Source of the DNA: Octopus sinensis
Taxonomy: Eukaryota
Assembly (NCBI RefSeq): GCF_006345805.1
Contig: NC_043015.1
Coordinates: forward strand, 36,022,001-36,086,000
DNA: 64,000 nucleotides
Direction: 5' to 3'
Part shown: positions 1 through 14,309 of the stretch, one piece after another
Numbering within the stretch: position 1 is the first letter of the stretch
Layout: every line of letters starts with the position of its first letter
The notes under the pieces: generated by a model
Seen by the model: only the letters and a program-made list of their open reading frames with translations
Databases searched by the model: none
Told to the model about the DNA's origin: nothing
Translations under genes and position numbers: made by a program

Positions 1-59
1 CTTGCAACCTTTTCTATAGTTGTTAACTGTCCGTTATTTAAGTAGCTTGAATAACGGAC

Positions 60-500
60 AGAGCCAACAATGTACCCAATAATGCTCTCTTCTGGATCAC
101 TTCAAGCCTGACAACAGCTCCAATATTCTTAATGTTTTTCAAAGCTCTTGGAAATTGCTCCTAATGTTCCAAATACCACCAGTATCACCATTATTTTCCT
201 CATGCCTCATAACTTTCTTATCTCGTCCCGCAGTGTCTGGTATTTCTCACATTTTTCTGTTTCCTTACATTTCACCATCGAGTGCCTAGTATTACTACAT
301 CAATTATCTTTAATTCTTTTTCACCTTTACGGATGAGCACCATATCTGGTCGTCTCGCCTCTATGATTTGGTCGCTCTATATGTAAAAATCTCTGAGTGT
401 TTTGTAATGTTCGTTTTCGATTACTCCTGCTGGCTTATATTCATACCATTGCTCGGCTCTCTCGAGGTTTACTTTACCGCAAAACAGCCAGTCGATATAA
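60..500 (-). mobile_element. Decayed C-terminal restriction-like endonuclease (RLE) region of an R4/Dong-like non-LTR retrotransposon
   Basis: Minus-strand translation across stops/frameshifts gives WYEYKPAGVIENEHYKTLRDF..DQIIEARRPDMVLI..IIDV..EKCEKYQTLRDEIRKL..VVFGTLG, the RPD..D..EK..KY pattern of RLE-clade LINEs. Confidence 0.8.
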
Positions 501-582
501 CTCCACATTGTGCGTTTGTGTGTGTGTGTGTGTATGTGTGTGCGTGTGTATGTATATCTGTGGTGTTTTTGTGTGGGTATAT

Positions 583-638
<56 letters not shown>

Positions 639-1002
639 ATATACAGAATTTTTTTAATGAACCAAGAGGTGAGGAATTGTAACGAGATTCATGTTTCAGT
701 TCCAATAACTAAAAATATATCCTCTACATCGTATATTGAGTACATTTCTCTCGTTTATTCGACATAACCCAGCATTCGTATACACACACATACACACACA
801 CACACACATACGCACACACACACACACACACACACTCACAAATATATATATATTGATAAAAATGGTAAGACGTAGCATTTTTCCCGTTGGCCAGATAACT
901 AGACAGGTGGATTTACACCTCGGCATCCGAAACTCGGAGTTTTATCATGGCTACCGAATAATTGTCACATGCTACATTTACACACACATACACACACACA
1001 CA

Positions 1003-1054
<52 letters not shown>

Positions 1055-1057
1055 TCC

Positions 1058-1550
<493 letters not shown>

Positions 1551-1554
1551 GTAT

Positions 1555-1630
1555 ACTAAGCAATAAAGGGTTTAGCAACGAATTGCTTACCACAATAGCA
1601 ATTCGTTGCTAAACCCTTTATTGCTTAGTA
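1555..1630. repeat. Perfect ~34-bp inverted repeat with ~9-nt loop, between (TA)n tracts
   Basis: tactaagcaataaagggtttagcaacgaattgct ... agcaattcgttgctaaaccctttattgcttagta; about 100 bp of unique tail follows to ~1735. Confidence 0.9.
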
Positions 1631-1731
1631 TTACTTAAATTTTCCTCGAATGAAGCTTTTACATGCCGAAGACTACTTGGTGTAATTGATAATATTCCAA
1701 ATTAATTAATTTCACCCTTCATTATTACGGA

Positions 1732-1762
<31 letters not shown>

Positions 1763-1766
1763 TTAA

Positions 1767-1828
<62 letters not shown>

Positions 1829-3584
1829 TTATTTATTTATTTATATATATTATATGTACCCACATACACATGCAATCATATTCATGCATGTATATGCGTA
1901 TGTATATATATCTATGTGTGTGTGCGTGCGGGCGCATGTATATGTGTATGCAGATATATGTAATTATGTATGTATATAAACACAGAAATGCATAAGTGTT
2001 ACGTGAGCAACAAAGATTTTCATGTTGACATTCCTCTTTGAAGGAGGATGCGACGTTCAGTGTTTTTGTGAACACTCCATTACGTTATAAGCCGTTTGTT
2101 GATCGATATAATTAATCTTGGATGATGTCTGTCAAATCATGCTTGCAATTGGGAAGTTGGAATGCTTTATTATGACGAATAGAGAAATAAAGAGCAATGA
2201 AAATATGGACGCATATCTTTCAGATGTAGATATGCCAGAGGTGACAGATATAAGATGATACTGGATGATAAATAGTTAAGATGAAAAGAGAAATAAATAG
2301 ATATGAATATGAAAACGGTGGAAGAATCGATAAGAGTTTAATCTCTCTCTCTCTTTTGTCTATCTCTTTATAAATATGGACACACACACACACACAGATA
2401 TATATGTTTATACATATATTCTTATATATACATGCACGCATACACCACACATGTTGATATATACGTAAGCACGTATGTGCACGTTTATACGTACATATAT
2501 CGATGTATATACGTACTTTTATGTGCATATACGAGTAGTTTTTTGTGTCTCCCTGTGTCTGAGTATGAATTTCTCAGTTTATGCGTGTTTCATGAGCATA
2601 TATTCATGAGCATATTATATATATATTATATATATATTATTATATATATAATATATATTATATATACATATATGATATATAAAATACATGCCTATGTACA
2701 TACATATAAATCTATCTATCTATCTATCTGTATGTGTGTGTATATATATATATATATACATACTCACACATATATATGTATACATGTATGTATATATAAA
2801 TATATATATATGTGTATATACATGTTTTGGGATTTGGTTTGCAAGATTCTTTATGTGAGTTCGTGTCTGGGGAGAGTCATTTTCTTTTAGTGCCTTATAA
2901 TATAACACACTCACCGGTAAAATTTCCATTTAATTCTTATTTTTATTTTCCTAAAATATTCGTTGCGTCTTGCAACCTTTTCAATAGTCTTTATTTACAC
3001 TGCTTTCTTTTTTATTTGTTTATGCGCATGTGTGTGGGTCGGTGTGTGTGTGTTGCCTATGCATGCCTCATTTGTAAATGAGTGTTGTAAAATTTGTAAA
3101 ATAGTGTTGATTGTATATTAAATATTTCATTGCATATTATTGCATGCTATTGACTATTAAGTTCAATAATTGTAAGAACTTTAGTAAGATGTTCAATACC
3201 TCGTTGTGGCGAAAAATTGAGGTTGAAAAGCCTCAGTGTTATAACGTGTAAGAGATCCAGCACCTCATTTGTAAATGGACTAGTGTTGATTGCATATTGA
3301 ATATTTTTTGCATGTTAATATTTGTAATGGACTATTAAGTCCAAAAACTGTAAAAACTGTTGTGAGAGGTTCAATACCTCGCTTTGTTTATTCTGTTTAA
3401 AAAAAAAAGAACAATGTTTTAGAGAAGAAGAAAATCGGCGGGGGTTTTTGCCTTCTCTCATCAATATCATTCTTATTTCATCATTCACCTCATCAATGTA
3501 TATGTCCAGCCCGCAGCTACTCTTTGTAATGCCCTTATGGCAAATTTTTATGAAATAAAGTAGATTCTTTACCAACGACATTTT

Positions 3585-3936
3585 TCCGGGTTCAGTCCCA
3601 CTGCGTGGCACATTGGGCTAGTGTCTTCTACTCTAGCCTCGGGCCGACCAAACCCCTCGTGAGTGGATTTGGTAGACGGAAACTGAAAGAAGCCCGTCGT
3701 ATATATATATGTGTGTATGGCTGTGTTTGTGTGTCTGTGCATGTTCCTTCACTTATTATCGCTTGACAACCGATGTTGGTGTGTTTACATACCCGGAAAT
3801 TAGAGGTTCTGCAAAATAGACCGATAGAATAAGTAGTAGGATTACAAAGAATAGATCCTGGGGTCGATTTGCTCGACTAATGGTGTTGCTCTCACATGGC
3901 CGCAGTCAAATTACTGAAACAAATAAAAGAATAAAA

Positions 3937-3939
<3 letters not shown>
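3585..3939 (+). mobile_element. SINE family A, 5'-truncated
   Basis: ccgggttcagtcccactgcgtggcac..gggccgacc..gagtggatttggtagacggaaactgaaagaagcccgtcg..catggccgcagtcaaa..gaaacaaataaaaga, collinear with 11693-12117. Confidence 0.9.
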
Positions 3940-3985
<46 letters not shown>

Positions 3986-4552
3986 TATATATGCATACAT
4001 ACACCCACACATATATGATATGTATATATAGAACCCCTCCACTTATTTTGCTACAACCATTTTAAAATACAGATCAGTCTAACATTGCCTCCACCCCACC
4101 CCACTCCATATTCTTTCTGTCTTTCTTACATGTTGTTTGCCTGGACAATTTGAGTGCCTCTGTGTGCACATTTGCAAGTGTGTGTGTTTGCATGTATGCG
4201 TGTTAATAGTATGAGCACTAAATATACGATATGTTTAATGTCAATGAGTCACTTCTAAAATGTCTGCAAAGCATTCCGAGATTGGTAGATCTGAAAAACG
4301 ACAATTTGATTACATACATACATACATACATACAATGTATATACATACATAAATACATACATGAATACACATGCATGCATATACACATGCATATATACAT
4401 ACGTATGTATATATATGTGTGTGTGTGTGTGTCTGTATATATGGATATACAGACCAATAAAACATAAAGATACAAAAGTAAATTAGACGTACAATCACAC
4501 ACACACATATAATAAATATATAAATATTGAGAGAGAGAAAGTGAGATGGAGG

Positions 4553-4583
<31 letters not shown>

Positions 4584-5331
4584 CGAAGGAGTGAATAATA
4601 TATAGTTAGCATGTGAGATGTAAAGATGCTTTATAGAGAAAACTGTAACACACCAAGGATTGAAACTTTCATTCTGATATCTTTACCGAGGACTGAGTTG
4701 ACTGGAGAGAGAGTGGCTACAATAGGAATCCCCGGCTACAGTTATGGAGATGATGATACGAACAAACTGCTTGGTCTAGATAAATGAAATATACATGGAA
4801 ATGATATGCATGTAAATAGAGATATTCAAACGACGAACGTTGATGTTTACATTTTCAGATATTTACATATTAACAGAGCAGACTTTCATTGAGTACAAAG
4901 ACACAGAAAACTAAGCAGAAAAGGAACGGTATTTCAAGTCCGACAGCTGTTTCTAGGGAGACGGAATTACGCAGTAATATTTTCAGATGCAAATGTCTAG
5001 AATATGCAACTAGTGACCAATGCATGTAAAAATTAGGAAAAGCTGGCTTCCGTCTTCAAGATGGAGAGACTGGTATCTTTTTCCAGAACTGCATCTGCTG
5101 ACATTATTACGTAATTTGGACCTGGAATAGCATAGCGTCTTCTTTCAGCTGGCTGCCTCGTTGTACTCGATGCAAATCTGCTTGGTTAATATATAGATCT
5201 GTACATTTATACCTGAATGTTCGTCGTTTGAACATCTTCGGTCTTTGTCTTTCTATTTACATGTATACATCTATGCATACTTTATATATTTAGCGCAAGC
5301 GGTTTTATCTACTTTTTCATCATTTTCTCTT

Positions 5332-5395
<64 letters not shown>

Positions 5396-5399
<4 letters not shown>

Positions 5400-5497
5400 G
5401 GTGAATCGCTCAGTGGTTAGAGCGTCGATCTCATAATCATGAGGTAGTGAGTTCGATTCCCGGAGCGAGCTGTGCGTTGTGTTCTTGATCAAGACAC
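5396..5497 (+). mobile_element. SINE family C (tRNA head plus start of CORE-like domain), 3'-truncated
   Basis: A-box-like gctcagtggttagagc and B-box gagttcgattccc, then gttgtgttcttgatcaagacac as in 52270-52595. Confidence 0.8.
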
Positions 5498-6360
5498 GGT
5501 ACAATGGTACAATGATACAGTGATATATACATATGTATATTTATGTGCATTTATGTATCTATAAATGAGTGCATGTATTTTTGTATGTTTTGGGGTCCAC
5601 GTGTGTTTATGTTTCAGTGCCTACACATAAAACCTGATTTAGTTCTGGCGAAACACCTCTGAGCAACGTATAGAATATTCTTTGTTTTTTGTTCCTACTC
5701 TCGATCCAGGTTGATTGATTTGCGGAAATGTAGCCTCGACGCATTGGTGCCGTTTATTTGTTGTATCCCATCATAGCGTATCTGCGCAATGAACTAAACT
5801 TGTTGCTCAATATAAAACCCTCAGCAGGCATCTTCAGAACCTTCAGAGGACTGCTTTCTGTTATACGCAATGAAACCAGTTTTGCGGTTTCATGAATTCA
5901 TTTTCTTTCCCTCCAACAAGTTTTGGATGCTTTACAAAACCTTGTCATCAATAGTGTCTCTCAGACCAAAAGGAAAAAAAAAACAGAATCGATAACCCTG
6001 CATTTCAATAAGACAGTGTATCAAAAACCACGCTCACCAATATATATTAGCTTTTCTTTCTGTGAATATATCATGTTTGGGGGTGTAATTTAGTTGCTAA
6101 TTTTTAGCAGGTCGGGTTGTCACGCTGTGCATCTTACTTTGATTTATTACAACTTTAGTTATTCAAAGCTGTTTGCTCCTGCACCAGTAGGGGGCAGCAG
6201 CCATCCAATTAGATAAAGAACTTCCACAATTTTGCAGAGAAATTGGTTGGACGGATGATTCCATCATCAAGAATACTCAAGTAAATTACATGCTTGTTAG
6301 CGGATATGTTGACATTTTCACTCGTGATCCTCTTACTGAAGTAGCGTTAAACTATAAAGC

Positions 6361-6444
<84 letters not shown>

Positions 6445-6488
6445 GTCTATCTATCTATCTATCTAATCTATCTATCTATCTATCTATA

Positions 6489-6561
<73 letters not shown>

Positions 6562-6588
6562 GTCTGTCTGTATGTCTGTCAGTCTATC

Positions 6589-6670
<82 letters not shown>

Positions 6671-6680
6671 CATCTATCTA
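6361..6680. repeat. (TATC)n microsatellite
   Basis: About 320 bp of ATCT units with few interruptions. Confidence 0.97.
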
Positions 6681-7489
6681 TATATATATATACATAGATA
6701 CACATTGGTGTATGCATACATATACATATAAGTATGCATATAATATATATATATATATCTATATATATATGCATATATACATATATATGTATGCATATTA
6801 TATATATATATATTATATATATATATATTAATATATATATATACATACTACAAGTGTACTATGGCAGAGATGTGTGTGTGTATGCGAATGTCTTTCTGTG
6901 ATGCTTGCAGTGACTAATAACTTCCTTTGTCAGTGATTCTCCTTAAAATTGACCTATGGAACTGTTAACTGACATTATCTTTTACCTAGAATATTATTAA
7001 CTCTTCGATCATGGATATAACAAACATCTATTCTTCACACAACGCATTCCTTGGTATCTCGAAGAATTGGTTACTAGTAATCTCCTCAGCTGAGGATATT
7101 TCATATTTCTATATTTCCTTATTTCTCTCTCTCCGATGACCGAATACTTAGCATACTTGGAATTCTTTACCCGATGACATATGAATCACATGTTTAGCTA
7201 TTACAGAAACAGATGTAAGGCACCTTCCGTATTTATAATAACTACTCTGCACTATGATTGTGCTATGGATTACATGTTCTAAAATGACGTCAGACGATTT
7301 GCTTGTTCATTATTTATTTAATGTATGTATGTGTGTGTATGTATGTATCTGAGTGTATGTGTGTGTGCCTGTGTGTATGTGTGTAGTTGGTTCTCTATCA
7401 GTTACGACAAGTGTGCTTGTTAATACGATCAACCGACAGCTTGGACTTGAACCTAACCACACGATATGAAATGAAAGGTAGAACTCGAA

Positions 7490-7950
7490 GCAATCCCGTG
7501 AAGCTACACAAAGAAGATTATCCCAATGCAACGTGTCAGCTACTGGGGCAGGCTGAAAGAGTGAGACTCTGTTCCTTGGAACGAATGTTGGTAAGATATG
7601 CAGGGAAATATATCTGGAAGATCATGGAAGAAATTATACCAAACTTTGGCATTGACCTTTACTCAAACAGAACGGGGCACCAGAGCTTAGTGCCAAAAAT
7701 ACCAATGTAGCCATCTGATACAGGTCCAGATGCTGCAACAGCTTGGGATAGGGTGGCCCACAGCTTTACAATATTCACCCCTCCCCTCAAAAACAAGCCT
7801 GAAAGACCTGCATGATGTGGATGTAAGTGTCTGCAAAACAAAACTGAATATTATCTGACAGGGATTCCGGATGAGCCCAACACATGGCATGAAATTCGGA
7901 TGAAGGCAGCAGCAGCAGTTTTTTCCCTCATTTACCAAATACCAAAGTCA
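7490..7950 (+). mobile_element. Decayed 3' end of a CR1/L2-group LINE ORF2
   Basis: LRLCSLERMLVRYAGKYIWKIMEEIIPNFGI..RTG..VPKIP, then PQLYNI..LKDLH..KTKL..IPDEP in shifted frames. This resembles the post-RT tail of CR1-group LINEs (L.SLERRR.RY.I.Y.WKI.EG..PN). Confidence 0.65.
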
Positions 7951-8550
7951 GAAGAGGTTTCAAGTAGGGAAGGTGTAGTAAAGCCAACGGTGGTGCCCCA
8001 GCATGGCATGGCCACAGCTCTCCAGCTGAGACTAGTTACAGAATTTAAGAATCATATGTGTGTGTGTGTGTGTGCATATATGTGTATGTGTGTGTGAGTG
8101 TGTGATGCAAATATAAACATAGACAAATGGACAGATAAACACATATATAGATATAGATATACATATATACACTGATTTACCAGAGTGCTTAAACATACGA
8201 CACACATGTGTGTGTCAGTTTGAAAATATATTTAGGTGCCTGTCTTTGGGGGAGAGAGAGATGTGGAAAGCGAGAGCGAGAGAGAGAGAGCGAGAGAGAG
8301 AGAGAGAGAGAGAGAGTGTGTGTGTCTGTGCGTGTGTTAAACAGAAAATCTATTCCCGAAACACAAATATATACACATTCTATACCACAAAGTGCATTTC
8401 ATTCGATCGCACCAGTGTATGTTCATTGAGGCGTTGAGAATTTACTGTCAGCAATAAAATTATATATACATACGTATACATATAGGTGAAATAGGTGTAT
8501 ATATGTGAGTGTATAAATATATATATGTATATATGTGAACTATATATATG

Positions 8551-8581
<31 letters not shown>

Positions 8582-8679
8582 ATGCATGTATCTTTGTATA
8601 TATATGTATGATGTATAAATGTATATATATATGTATAAAAATATATGTGTGTGTGTATATATACACCTATATACATACG

Positions 8680-8725
<46 letters not shown>

Positions 8726-9145
8726 TTTCTATATATCTCCATCTCTATCTATCTATCCATGATAGATCGATATATAGACACATGATCGATGATAAATGTC
8801 GCAAAAATTGTGATTAATAAAAATACTCGTATATTCCAACTTCCGTTTTTCACTTACCATACACAACCACACATATATATATACATACACACATATATAT
8901 ATATATATAATATATATTATATATATATATATATACATATATAAACACATATATGATAAAGTATGTATATATATATATATTTATATATATATGTATATAT
9001 ATATACGTAAATACATACACACAAAACATGTATATCAATATATATAAAATATATATGCATGCGCTCCAAATCCCCTCTCTTTTTATGTGTGTGCGTGTGT
9101 TTATAAAGATATATATATCTATATCTATACCTATCTATCTATCTA

Positions 9146-9206
<61 letters not shown>

Positions 9207-9783
9207 AAATTAATCCGCTTTGCTGTTTGTTATATATATATACGTATATACATTTTCAGATTGATCAATGGAACTAAACTACTAATAATACTACTACCAT
9301 GACAACTACTAATAATAAATGGCAACCAATCAGAATTTATAATTTTAATAAAAAAAATGAATTCCAGTTTATACTGGTGCAGAATATTTTTTCTTCTAAA
9401 TAAATCACTATGAAGTTAACAGATGATCAATCAAAATAAACTCTTAAATTCCTGTATATTGATTAGTTGAAATGGTTGATCGATTTTGAGAAATTTTAAT
9501 ATTTCCATTGTCGTGTTTTGTTTTTGTTGTTGTATGTGTGATTGTTTCAGCTGAGTGATTGCCAATGTCATTGGTAGCGTTCAATAAACAATAATACTTC
9601 CTCTGAAATTTAATGTAGACAAGGATTCGGATAATTAAAAAATAAAAAACAACAAAATAATAATAGAGAAACAAAACGGTATTTGAATCTCATTCATACG
9701 CGCATACACACACTCACACGTTCCAATATATATATGTACCTGTATGTAAATACATGTGCATATAAAAGTACAAGTAAACATAT

Positions 9784-9815
<32 letters not shown>

Positions 9816-9878
9816 GTATATGTATATATTATATCGATATAGATATATAGATATACACATACATACATATAAATATAT

Positions 9879-9924
<46 letters not shown>

Positions 9925-9954
9925 AGTGATTGGAAATCATAAAAATATTTGTCC

Positions 9955-10075
9955 GTGACTCCACTTTTAGGTGTTTTCGCACAATAAACACTCACAACAC
10001 CCGGTCTGGAAATCGAAACCGTGATCCAGCGACCGCGAGTCCGCTGCCCTAACCACTGGGCTATTGTGCCTCCAC
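9955..10075 (-). mobile_element. tRNA-derived SINE head (family D)
   Basis: Reverse complement ggaggcacaatagcccagtggttagggcagcggactcgcggtcgctggatcacggtttcgatttccagacc has A and B boxes followed by a non-tRNA body; no clean acceptor stem. Confidence 0.7.
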
Positions 10076-10085
10076 ACACACACAC

Positions 10086-10136
<51 letters not shown>

Positions 10137-10220
10137 CATGCATATATAATATATATATATATATATAATATACATATATGTGTGTATATATATATGTATG
10201 TATGTGTGTATGTATGTATC

Positions 10221-10251
<31 letters not shown>

Positions 10252-10445
10252 GTGTATGTATGTATATCTATATACATATATATATATATTCGCGTATTTA
10301 TATGTGTATGCGTATAGCAAAAGTTTAGATTCAGATGAATATGATACTTAAGTTGAGGCACCACAGTTTAGTACGGTTTTATCCATACAATTTCAAAATA
10401 AGGTGATTAAAATCAAAATAAGCAACAAGGCTATCCAGAGGTAAT

Positions 10446-10529
10446 GCAGTACGTTCGTTTCATGCAATTCCATTTAATTTAACAATACAATCATTTCATC
10501 AATTTGAATGCAGAGCAATCCTCAGCTGC
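10446..10529 (-). ncRNA. Type I hammerhead ribozyme motif in a Penelope-like terminal repeat (element ~10317-10560)
   Basis: Minus strand: GCAG-CUGAGGA-UUGC...GCAU-GAAA-CGAACG-UA-CUGC. Stem I GCAG/CUGC, GUA site, near-palindromic stem III. Confidence 0.75.
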
Positions 10530-10705
10530 GCAAAGACATAGAATTTAATTAAGTTAAAATAGATTGGCACATTAGTATAATTATGCCTAAAATCTCCAAG
10601 AAGTTAAGGAGACAGGGAAAGAACATGCTGCCTTCACTCCAGCATAGAAGTTGTATAGTGTATACGTATGTATGTACATATATATATATACATATATATA
10701 TATAT

Positions 10706-10796
<91 letters not shown>

Positions 10797-10894
10797 TATA
10801 TATAATTTTAATCCAACGGAAAAAACAGAAAAAACGACAACACGTGGAACAATTACAGTATTATTATTAATAGGCGCTCAGGAAAGATGGAAGC

Positions 10895-10933
<39 letters not shown>

Positions 10934-10951
10934 GTGTGTGTGTGTGTGTGC

Positions 10952-10996
<45 letters not shown>

Positions 10997-11692
10997 TGTG
11001 TGTAGAAGCAAATTTACGTATAAGCAATTTCTGAATGGCGTTGATCAGAATGATCTTTTGAATGGCATAGCATTGTCTTTACGTAGAAAAGCATCACTAG
11101 TGGCACAACGTCTGTCACATCTAAGAGGCCCACCATCCTCTGGGCCGTCGCTAAGCCCTTGCAACCCCTGCAGTCGCAGGAGGCCTGCATGGTTGAGGGT
11201 CCCCATGTTATGATCAAACTACATTGATGAGCAATATATTTACTTTGGTTAAGACGTTAACTGAAAATTTCAAGTGAGACAAGGTAAAAAATACGAGGGT
11301 GTATCGTAAATAAATTCAATAGAAACGAGAAAGGTAAATGAAAACAGCTTTTCAACGAATTTCTTTTGGAGATAAAAGAGAAGTGAAAGAAATACAAAAG
11401 CATGAAAATACTAACAACTTCAAGAGAAAAGTCAAGAAAAAGAAGCAACGGTGATGAAAGATGGGGGTTGTATACTTATACAAACACATAGAAACATACA
11501 CTTACAGACATGCGTACACACATTCATACATACACACACATATATACGACTGACTTATCTCTTACGTTCTACAAATTCCATTCACAGAGAGAGAGAGAAA
11601 GAAAGATAGACGTGTACCAAACACACACACGTCTCTTAGTCTCTCCCCCTTTCTCTATTCATTTCTCTTTCTCTCGCTCTGTCTCTCTGTGT

Positions 11693-12117
11693 AGGAGTGG
11701 CTGTGTGCTAAGTAGCTTGCTAACCAACCACATGGTTCAAGGTTCAGTCCCACTGCGTGGCATCTTGGGCAAATGTCTTCTGCTATAGCCCCGGGCCGAC
11801 CAATGCCTTGTGAGTGGATTTGGTAGAGGGAAACTGAAAGAAACCTGTCGTATATATGTATATATATCTGTATATGTATGTGTGTGTGTGTGTGTGTGTG
11901 TTTGTGTGTCTGTGTTTGTCCCCTTAGCATTGCTTGACGACCGATGCTGGTGTGTTTACGTCTCCGTCACTTAACGGTTCGGCAAAATAGACCGATAGAA
12001 TAAGTACTGGGCTTACGAAGAATAAGTCCCGGGGTCGATTTGCGCGACTAAAGTTGGTGCTCCAGCATGGCCGCAGTCAAATGACTGAAACAATTAAAAA
12101 GAGATAAAAGAAAAGAG
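11693..12117 (+). mobile_element. Full-length tRNA-headed SINE family A (~420 bp, internal microsatellite)
   Basis: A-box-like tggctgtgtgctaag, B-box ggttcagtccc, gcatcttgggcaaatgtcttc body, internal (TA)/(TG) tract, AAAAGA tail; at least 7 related copies in the window. Confidence 0.92.
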
Positions 12118-12157
12118 TATATGTATATGTTTGTGTGTGTATATATATACATAAATC

Positions 12158-12199
<42 letters not shown>

Positions 12200-12436
12200 G
12201 ATATATGTATATATATACACACACACATATACATATACTCTTTTCTTTTATCTCTTTTTACTTTTAATCAGCCGAAATTGCTAGGATGATCCGGTTCTTG
12301 ACTGAAGATTGAAGGCTTCGAATGTCCCGTCCGTGTTTTTTGTATCGTCTTCTAAATGTTTTACGTTCTTGTCCCAGTTTGTATTTTTCTATATATATAT
12401 ATACATATATATATATAAATCTATGTACACACCCAC

Positions 12437-12470
<34 letters not shown>

Positions 12471-13238
12471 TTGGTGTTGTTATTTGACGTTGTTGAAAGG
12501 CTGGTCACTTAGTACCCAAAACAAGGCGTGCGTTTGTGTATGTGTGTGTATCTAACTTCAGACAGAAGGGAAGAAAAAATATATACCGTTAGTTTTTCTT
12601 TTTATGTGTTGTATTTTAGAATGATCACAGCAGACTCTGCTCTTTATGATTCTAAAATGCAAGAAGCTGTTAGGGAATATATTTGATTTTTGCAGATAAT
12701 AAAGGTACGGATATTATGAATTTTGATTGAAGTGATAAGGCCTCCAAACAAAAAGTTGCAAGGGTCCTCTGAAAATCATGTGACGGCCCTGACCATCCTC
12801 CCGGTAACCGTCTCTCTCATCAACACCAGCACCACCAGTCTCCATCCTCAACGTAATATTAAAAAAAATACATAGAGAGGAAACACGACTACTCAGATGC
12901 TGACACATCTATTATTTAAGTTTCATCATTTTGCTCTTTCTCTCTCTCCCTCCTTTCTCTCCCATTTTTTGCTCTTTTCGCTTTCCCTCTCCTTTTCCCG
13001 CTCATAGTATTGACAACTTCGGTCTCTCCACTCTCTCTCTAATTCCCCTTTCAGTTCTCCCTCTCTCTTTCTCTCTCTCATAAACCAACATTCCTTTCTA
13101 ACTAAACCTCCCACTATTACTCCTGGCAATACATCCACTCCATCGCCCACTTCTTCTGTCGCTGTTCCGAGCCTCGAAGATGGACGAATTTAAAAATACT
13201 GATAATGACGTTTTGAGCGTATATTTAGATCACCACGG

Positions 13239-13271
<33 letters not shown>

Positions 13272-14278
13272 GGCCAGCCAGCCAGCCATCCAGCCGGCCG
13301 ACCGGCCGGCCAGCCGACGGCGGCTCGCCGTTAGATCTGCCAGCTTCAAGTTCACGTGGTTCATTTGGATTCTTGCTTAACTGGCTGGTCACGTGCAACA
13401 GGTCAGATGTACTTTAAAATGCGCGTTCCTGTAGCGGGGTGTGTATGTGTGTTTGTGTGTGTGTGTGTGTGTGCGTGTTTGTGTGTGTATGTATGAGTGT
13501 GTACATGTGGCGTGTGTGTGTGTCACAGATTGGGAAACAGAAAGAGATAATAAATCTTGTTGTATTCCTCTAATTTGTTTCCGCCATTAGACTTCGGCTC
13601 TGCTGGGAAATCCCATTGTTTTGCTTGTTAGTCGAATAAATCGACTTAAATGCTTATTTCAAATCGTTTACGCATTCTATCGGTTTAATATTGAGGAACG
13701 GGTCGGTTACAGAACCGTAAACAAACGTAGACCGGATGTGAATAGGCAATGAACTAACACACACACACACACACACATACACACACACACATATTAGGAC
13801 TTTTACGCTGCTCAGACCCTGAAAAGCAGCGTCCGGTCGTATTTGCATTCTACTCTTCCTACCACTGAGGGTCGCAGCAAGAAGAATTTCAACTCAATCT
13901 GTGACCATGAAACCTATCTGCAGTGGTGGTCATTAAGAAAGGAAAAGGATATCGTGCAACTAAATATGCTCTTATGAGTGACCTGTCTGGCGAATGGATT
14001 TGGGATTAATGCCGGGCGAATGGATTCTGTTCACAGGAACTGTGTGGAAGCCAGTCATATGTATTTGATGAGAGTAAGCATAGATATATGTTCTGCAGGA
14101 GAATCCAATGTAATAAGTGCAAGGGTTAAAACAATAGTGTTGGACTCATTTTGTTCACTAAACTCTTTAATGCGGTCGGCCACCATCCAATGACTGAGTG
14201 AGGTAAAAGAGTAAAAAAGAGAGATCGATAATGACTGGTGTCAAATTCATTGTGAGCAGAATGCAGAGAAATAATCAA

Positions 14279-14309
<31 letters not shown>

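Noticed and set aside
9990-10075. tRNA genes at the A/B-box motifs (also 5396, 47253, 52270, 57900)
   Set aside because: No complete cloverleaf or acceptor stem by eye, and most continue into SINE bodies.
12270-12340. CTGAAGA...GAA as a hammerhead
   Set aside because: No GAAA-stem III-NUH arrangement and no stem I pairing.
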